From contig NC_134035.1 of NCBI RefSeq assembly GCF_964204645.1, positions 13,052,451 to 13,116,450 on the forward strand: a stretch of DNA of 64,000 bases. Direction: 5' to 3'. Shown here piece by piece: positions 62,713 to 64,000 of the stretch (within the stretch, counting starts at the first letter, position 1; each line of letters opens with the position of its first letter). The stretch comes from Tubulanus polymorphus (taxonomy: Eukaryota > Animalia > Nemertea). A program made the translations under genes and the position numbers. Under the pieces are notes generated by a model. That model saw nothing but the letters and a program-made list of their open reading frames with translations. It was not told where the DNA came from and searched no databases.

Positions 62713-64000
62713 TTATTCCAGTTTAATCGCGACTCGACAAATTGGACACGTCGCGTTCGTCTGAAAACAAGATAAAATAATCAGTTCTAAAATACTTTTT
62801 ATGAATTCAAAAATTCAGCCATTTTTATTTGACTTCGCAGCCCCACGGACCCCGCCCGGAATTCGCTACCAGGAACCCCGTATAAGTTATAAACTTAATG
62901 ATAGATGTGAAACTGAATTCAGGACCCGGTTTCACAGTTGTCAGTCAGAGCTGAGTTAAAAACGGCTCATTCTCGATCCTTTTTACTTTAGAGTCAAACC
63001 GTGACTCATAACCGTGGACAGGGTCCGATCTAAGGAATGAAAGCCACTTGCCTGTTGGGCAAGCATATCTGAAATTTCGCTTGCCTCTTCCAAAAGCTAC
63101 TTGCCCTACACAGGCAGTCTGATTGGTGGCGCTATCATCCGTTGTATCGAGTGGGAAAGAAGCTTTGTGACATAAAATTGCACTAGCCCGGTGGACGAGT
63201 GATAATGATAACCTACTCGCCCTGATGAGAATATACTTGTCCCGGGCAATCGGACAAGTGCTTAGATCAGACCCTGGCGGAACATAATCCAGGGTTTCAT
63301 TTAAGAGTCAGATTTCATTTTCTTTATCGTGAAATCTGACGAACGTTTAAACAGTGAAGAGAACGATCACTAACCTGGATCCACTGGTCGATGCATTTCG
63401 TATGAAAATCGTGGAAACATGGTAAAATTCTCAAATGATCGTTATTTTCAAACTCGGTCATACAAATCGAACACTCTAAACTACGAGCTGAACTCGAGTT
63501 AAATCTGTGAGTCGGCAGTTGATTGATCGCAGTCGTTTCAAGGCCACGTGGAACCGCGTCGCCTAGTAACTCCCCGAGGGCCAGTAAATGCTAGAAAGTG
63601 AAATAGACGTTAAGTTATGATGAATGAGGACGCGAAAAGTCGACTGCGGCAATAGAGGATTACACTTGCGACGAGTGAGGATCCACCAGGTGTTGCTAGT
63701 GTGCAAAAGAACAACTACAAAGGCAATAGATTTCGCTTGGCAGGCGCGCTAGTGTGCAATAGGACATTACTATTGACTAACTATGAAGTGGGAAGCTAAG
63801 AGTTCAGATTACAGTCAACTGAAAATAAACTAAATTTGGATCAAGTTTTTCCAATCGATACACACGCCATCTGGTGGAAGATCTGATGCAACGCCTGATG
63901 TCTTTATTAGACGAGGACCGAGTGAGAATGAAAAATTACCTCATAGCTATCATCCTCTACAGCTAGAAATCTCGTTCTATGATTGACGCGACCTCGAGAC
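62713..64000 (-). CDS. RING-H2 E3 ubiquitin ligase, 3' part (RNF38/RNF44/Arkadia-like C-terminus); 5' end lies outside the window
   Basis: Exons >64000-63940 (..AVEDDSYE), 63590-63375 (HLLALGELLGDAVPRGL...QLP...CSICMTEFENNDHLRILPCFHDFHTKCIDQWIQ) and 62760-62713 (TNATCPICRVAIKLE*). C3H2C3 pattern. Confidence 0.9.
63019..63276. mobile_element. hAT-like MITE in the last intron of the RING gene
   Basis: TIR CAGGGTCCGATCTAAG / CTTAGATCAGACCCTG. Confidence 0.6.

Overview
This is AT-rich, intron-rich eukaryotic DNA, most likely an invertebrate animal (inference), with no prokaryotic features. Positions 1-21.9 kb contain no recognisable gene and form a patchwork of tandem arrays and fold-back/MITE elements, including a 10-kb higher-order satellite of alternating 147-bp and 159-bp arrays. 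Six genes follow, with exons assembled by eye from GT-AG boundaries: SHOC2 (+, 15 coding exons, 632 aa), RPL32 (-, 134 aa), a tetraspanin (+, 290 aa), MFSD5 (-, single ORF, 463 aa), EMC10 (+, 239 aa) and the 3' end of a RING-H2 E3 ligase (-). Most long ORFs in the supplied track are artefacts of tandem repeats. Three observations stand out. (1) The first coding intron of the tetraspanin holds a 69-bp tandem array in which each unit is a minimal hammerhead ribozyme motif, partly arranged as a ~620-bp sense/antisense palindrome; further hammerhead motifs lie in SHOC2 introns. (2) A 3.87-kb tandem amplification places two extra, apparently identical RPL32 terminal exons downstream of the gene, each joined to a 1.8-kb mobile-element-like insert. 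(3) There is an orphan series of repeated exon/intron-like modules at 17.9-19.2 kb.
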